DNA from: Pseudomonadota bacterium
GTDB lineage: Archaea > Thermoplasmatota > SW-10-69-26 > JACQPN01 > JAJPHT01
Assembly: GCA_021325135.1 (NCBI GenBank)
Contig: JAJPHT010000029.1
Span: 128,001 to 192,000 of the forward strand
DNA: 64,000 nucleotides
Direction of reading: 5' to 3'
The notes beneath the pieces were generated by a model, which had not been told where the DNA came from, searched no databases, and saw only the letters and a program-made list of their open reading frames with translations. Position numbers and translations under genes: made by a program. Below are positions 60,144-64,000 of this stretch, one piece after another. Position 1 is the first letter of the stretch, and each line of letters starts with the position of its first letter.

Positions 60144-60578
60144 GTGCCCGTCACGCGCCTGGAGCTCACCGGCATCGAGGCCAAGCGGTACTCGAAGACC
60201 AACGAGCGGCTCCCGCAGATCCGGATCGACCACTCCTCCACCGTGACGCTGGTGAAGGAGCTGACGCCCCAGGAGGTCAACGTGGAGTTCCGCTACACGG
60301 CCGCCTACGGCGCCGTGGGCGTCATCCGCATCGAGGGGAACATGAACTTCACCTGCGACGCGAAGGCCTTCGAGACGCAATGGCGCACCACGAGCCAGAT
60401 GCCCCACGAGGCCGCGACCGAGATCCACAGCACCGTCATGCGCGCGTGCGTGCCCCAGGCCGTGGGCATCGCGAAGGACCTCCAGCTCCCTCCCCCCATC
60501 CCGCTCCCGCAGGTGAACTTCGGCCCCCAGCAGCAGGCGCAGAAGGCCGGCGCGGTGCACGGGCCCGAAGTGATGTGA
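60144..60578 (+). CDS. Archaeal hypothetical protein (possible SecB-like fold)
   Basis: IEAKRY...VEFRYTAAYG.VG.IRIEG...DLQLPPPIPLPQV. Confidence 0.75.
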   Translation: MPVTRLELTGIEAKRYSKTNERLPQIRIDHSSTVTLVKELTPQEVNVEFRYTAAYGAVGVIRIEGNMNFTCDAKAFETQWRTTSQMPHEAATEIHSTVMRACVPQAVGIAKDLQLPPPIPLPQVNFGPQQQAQKAGAVHGPEVM

Positions 60579-60670
60579 TATCACGGCTCGCGATAGCAGA
60601 ATGAGAAGCCATCAAGCTATCAAAATGGATTGATAGCATGCGCTTGCGCGACCTCGAACGGATGCTATCA
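60576..60670. promoter_or_regulatory. Cluster of five TG(A/C)TA(G/T)CA-type motifs
   Basis: TGATATCA 60576, CGATAGCA 60591, AGCTATCA 60615, TGATAGCA 60631, TGCTATCA 60663. Confidence 0.6.
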
Positions 60671-61261
60671 CGCGTCCCGCCGCACCCTTCCCCCAAGCTG
60701 GAGCTGGAGCAGTACGCGACGCCCGCCGACCTGGCGGGGCCGCTCCTGCACGAGGCGCTCGCGCTGGGCGACGTCGAGGGGAAGCGCGTCGTCGACCTGG
60801 GGTGCGGCACGGGCGTCTTCGCCCTGGGCGCCTCGATCTTGGGCGCGGCCGAGGTCGCGGGCGTCGACGTGGACGCCAGCGCGCTGGCCGTCGCGCGGCG
60901 CGAGGCCGATCGCCTGGGCGCGCGCGTCGAGTGGGTCGAGGCCGACGTGCGCGCGTGGCGCGGCGCGGCCGACACCGTGCTCATGAACCCGCCCTTCGGC
61001 GCGCAGGCGCGCGGCGCGGACCGCGCCTTCCTGGACGCCGCGTTCCGCGCGGCGCCGGTCGTCTACTCGCTGCACAACGCGGGGACGCGCGCGTTCGTGG
61101 AGGAATACGCCGCGGCGGCCGGCTTCCGCGCCACGCACGCGTGGGCCATGCGCTTCGCCCTTCGGCACACCTACCGCCACCACGAGAAGGCCGTCCAGGA
61201 GATCGACGTCGTCGCGCTCCGGCTTTGCCGTGATTCCGTCACCGAAGCCCGGGATGAGTAG
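60638..61261 (+). CDS. METTL5-family rRNA N6-adenine methyltransferase
   Basis: LEQYATP, VDLGCGTG, MNPPFG, YSLH. Confidence 0.9.
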   Translation: MRLRDLERMLSRVPPHPSPKLELEQYATPADLAGPLLHEALALGDVEGKRVVDLGCGTGVFALGASILGAAEVAGVDVDASALAVARREADRLGARVEWVEADVRAWRGAADTVLMNPPFGAQARGADRAFLDAAFRAAPVVYSLHNAGTRAFVEEYAAAAGFRATHAWAMRFALRHTYRHHEKAVQEIDVVALRLCRDSVTEARDE

Positions 61262-61413
61262 GACTTTGTCACGGCGCCACCACAGGTGCCGCCGAGATTC
61301 GACAATCTGTCACTGAAGAACCGTACTTCAAGAACTCGATCAGCCAAACAGCAGCCGCGACGGTCGCCCGATGCGGCTTTATATGAGCGCCCCTTTGCCC
61401 GCTCCGGGTTTTC

Positions 61414-61983
61414 ATGGCGGACCGGCGTCTCGTGTATCCCGGGGACTCCGTCGGCGTGGCCGAGGAGTTCGTCGCAGGGCCGGGCACCTACGAGGAGAAT
61501 GGCGAGGTCTTCGCCGCGACCGTGGGCATGCTCACGCTGGACACCACGGACTTCGTGGCGCGCGTCGAGCCCTTCCCCAGCCAGCCGGCCGTCGTCAAGC
61601 CCGGCGACATCGTGCTGGGCGTCGTGCAGGCCACGCGCCCCAGCATGGCCATCGTCGAGGTCAAGGCCATCGCGAGCAGGCCCAACCGCGGCATCGGCGG
61701 CGACACCAACGGCACGCTGCACGTCTCCAAGAGCAGCGACCAGTACGTCGACAGCATGGAGAGCGCCTTCCGCGTGCGCGACATCGTGCGCGCCAAGGTG
61801 CTCGAGTCCGACCCCGCCATCCAGCTCACCACCAAGGGCCCCGACCTCGGGGTCCTCAAGTCCTACTGCCCGCGCTGCGGCAGCCCCATGGCCCGCAAGG
61901 GCCGCGGCGTCGTGTGCCCCGAGTGCGACTGGAAGGACACCAAGAAGCTCGCCGCGGACTACGGCGAGGGCTACATCCTCTGA
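61414..61983 (+). CDS. csl4: Exosome RNA-binding subunit Csl4
   Basis: VYPGD..EEFVAGPGTYE; S1 domain; GVLKSYCPRC...CPEC; TTTATAT box at 61378. Confidence 0.92.
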   Translation: MADRRLVYPGDSVGVAEEFVAGPGTYEENGEVFAATVGMLTLDTTDFVARVEPFPSQPAVVKPGDIVLGVVQATRPSMAIVEVKAIASRPNRGIGGDTNGTLHVSKSSDQYVDSMESAFRVRDIVRAKVLESDPAIQLTTKGPDLGVLKSYCPRCGSPMARKGRGVVCPECDWKDTKKLAADYGEGYIL

Positions 61984-61992
61984 GGTCTCCCC

Positions 61993-62271
61993 ATGGAACT
62001 GCGCCTTCGAAACAAGACGAACAACAAGCTGGAGCTCGAGGTCATCGGGGAGAACGACACGCTCCTCAACCTCCTCAAGCAGAAGCTCCTCGAGGACCCC
62101 GGCGTCGAGACGGCCACCTACGTCATGGGCCACCCGTACCTCGACAACCCCCTCTTCGTCGTGGAGACCAAGAGCGGCAAGCCCGAGCAGTCGCTGAAGA
62201 ACGCGGCCAAGGAGCTGCGCCAGCAGTTCGACGAGTTCGAGACGCTGCTCGTCCGCGCAACGGGGGCGTAA
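61993..62271 (+). CDS. rpoL: RNA polymerase subunit L (Rpo11)
   Basis: GENDTLLNLLKQKL...ATYVMGHP; follows csl4. Confidence 0.92.
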   Translation: MELRLRNKTNNKLELEVIGENDTLLNLLKQKLLEDPGVETATYVMGHPYLDNPLFVVETKSGKPEQSLKNAAKELRQQFDEFETLLVRATGA

Positions 62272-62324
62272 GCCACCGTGCGCCGACGAACCGAAGGATC
62301 GTCGAGCGCCACGGGCCAGTGAGC

Positions 62325-63644
62325 ATGATCGAGCCCCAGGCGTTCGAGAAGGCGCTGGGGCTCGAACGATATCTCACCGCGGACCTCCCCGGCACGGGCG
62401 GCCGCCTCAAGGCGCGCCCCGAGGACTTTGTCGTCGAGGAGGTGCCCCTCGCCTTCCCACCCCCCGTCGCGGAGGGCAAGTACACCGTCGCCGCGCTGCG
62501 CGTGCGCAACTGGGAGACCAACCGCCTCGTGGGCGAATTGGCCCGCCGCCTGGACCTGCCGCGGGAGAGCGTCTTCTTCGCCGGCACCAAGGACAAGCGC
62601 GCCGTAACGACGCAGTACGTGAGCCTCCGCGCGCCCGAGGAGCGCGTGCGCGCCCTGGACCTCAAGGACGTGGAGGTGCTGGAGACGCGCCGCGTGGACC
62701 GCGCGCCCAAGATCGGCGAGCTGGTGGGCAACCGCTTCGCCATCATCGTGCGCTCCATGGACGCGCCGCTGCGCGAGGCCGCCGCGCGCGCCTCCGCGAT
62801 CCTCGCCCGCGTCGAGCGCGAAGGGGGCTTCCCCAACTACTTCGGCGTGCAGCGCTTCGGCGTCGTGCGCCCCGTGACGCACCTCGTGGGCGAGCAGATC
62901 GTCCGCGGCGACCTGGAGGAGGCCGTGCGCCTCTACGTGGGCAACCCGCAGCCCGACGAGCCCGCCGAGACGCGCGAGGCGCGGGCCCGCTACGACGCGA
63001 CGCGCGACCCCGCCTCGTCCCTCCCCCTCTTCCCGCGCTACGCGGGCTTCGAGCGCCAGATGCTCGACCACCTCGCGCGCCACCCGGGCGACTTCGAAGG
63101 CGCCCTGCTCTCCCTCCCCGCGAACCTGCGCACCATGTTCGTCTACGCGGCGCAGAGCCTCCTCTTCAACCGCATCGTGAGCCGCCGCATGGCCGCGGGC
63201 CTGGGCCTCAACGACCCCACCGTGGGCGACCTCGTCGCGGCCGTGGACGCCGAGGGCCGCCCCGAGAAGGAGCGCCTCCACCGCGTCACCCCCACGAACC
63301 TGGAGCGCGTCCGGAGGCTGTGCCGCAAGGGCGGCGCGCTGGTCACGGGCGGCATCCTGGGCAGCGACGCGCCCTTCGCGGAGGGCCCCATGGGCGAGAT
63401 CGAGCGCGCCGTCCTCGCCGAGGCAGGCTATCGCCAGGAGGACTTCCGCATCCCGCACCTCCCCGAGGTCGCGAGCTTCGGCACGCGCCGCGAGCTTCTC
63501 GCCCCCTTGGGCCCCGTGACGTGGGACGCGGGCGAGGACGACGCCGGCGAGCGCATCGCGCTGCGCTTCTTCCTCCTCAAGGGGAGCTACGCCACCTGCC
63601 TCCTCCGGGAGGTCCTCAAGAGCCCCGCCGCAGCCTTCGGCTGA
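62325..63644 (+). CDS. truD: tRNA pseudouridine(13) synthase
   Basis: PEDFVVEE, FAGTKDKRAVTTQ, GNRF, PNYFGVQRFG, GSYATCLLRE. Confidence 0.95.
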   Translation: MIEPQAFEKALGLERYLTADLPGTGGRLKARPEDFVVEEVPLAFPPPVAEGKYTVAALRVRNWETNRLVGELARRLDLPRESVFFAGTKDKRAVTTQYVSLRAPEERVRALDLKDVEVLETRRVDRAPKIGELVGNRFAIIVRSMDAPLREAAARASAILARVEREGGFPNYFGVQRFGVVRPVTHLVGEQIVRGDLEEAVRLYVGNPQPDEPAETREARARYDATRDPASSLPLFPRYAGFERQMLDHLARHPGDFEGALLSLPANLRTMFVYAAQSLLFNRIVSRRMAAGLGLNDPTVGDLVAAVDAEGRPEKERLHRVTPTNLERVRRLCRKGGALVTGGILGSDAPFAEGPMGEIERAVLAEAGYRQEDFRIPHLPEVASFGTRRELLAPLGPVTWDAGEDDAGERIALRFFLLKGSYATCLLREVLKSPAAAFG

Positions 63645-63711
63645 GCCTCGGCCGGGCCGCACCCCGGCAGATTCCGGTTGGCTTAAGCGTGGCGGGAGGA
63701 GGATACCCCCC

Positions 63712-64000
63712 ATGCGCTCGGGGCTCCTCACGGCCATCGCCCTCGCCCTTGCCGGCGTCGGCGAGGTCCAGTGGGCCATCGCGTTCTTCACCCATGGGAA
63801 CCAGCTCTTCGACGCGCTGATGACGCTCATCGCCGGCATCGGCCTGGGAATCGCGGCCTTCGGGTTCTACGCCGACGCCGAAGGGCGCCACGTCGCCGCC
63901 CCCGTGGGCCTCGCCGTCGCGGCCGCCGCGCAGGTGGGCTACGTCGCCGCCTACGCCGGGCACGCGGCGCTCACCCCCGTGGGCCCCATCACGCTCGCCA
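63712..64000 (+). CDS. Membrane protein, truncated by window end
   Basis: MRSGLLTAIALALAGVGEVQWAIAFF...; hydrophobic. Confidence 0.55.
   Translation, partial: MRSGLLTAIALALAGVGEVQWAIAFFTHGNQLFDALMTLIAGIGLGIAAFGFYADAEGRHVAAPVGLAVAAAAQVGYVAAYAGHAALTPVGPITLA

Overview
A GC-rich (roughly 70-73% by eye) archaeal chromosomal segment. Archaeal markers include rpl30e, archaeal nusA, csl4, rpoL, Lsm, purP, a METTL5-like methyltransferase and truD. Bacterial-type uvrB, dnaJ and purU are also present, a mix most consistent with an uncultured Thermoplasmatota-like lineage (inference). The window holds about 65 CDSs, many of them orphan secreted, Cys-rich or membrane proteins, including a 2153-aa surface subtilase. 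It also holds four tRNA genes (Gly-TCC, Pro-GGG, Ser-TGA, Gly-CCC), an integrase-less ~1.2-kb insertion at tRNA-Gly(TCC) and a family of REP-like palindromes. No CRISPR array, rRNA or transposase was seen. Three signals stand out. (1) An 8-bp quasi-palindrome TG(A/C)TA(G/T)CA is heavily over-represented, sits inside conserved genes via rare codons, and clusters at 60576-60670; it is a candidate chromosome-wide DNA signal. (2) A ~212-nt tmRNA-like tRNA mimic can be folded at the att junction of the tRNA-Gly island. (3) A hairpin plus a translationally coupled 27-aa ORF sits over the start of the second transketolase subunit. All calls were made by eye, without database searches.
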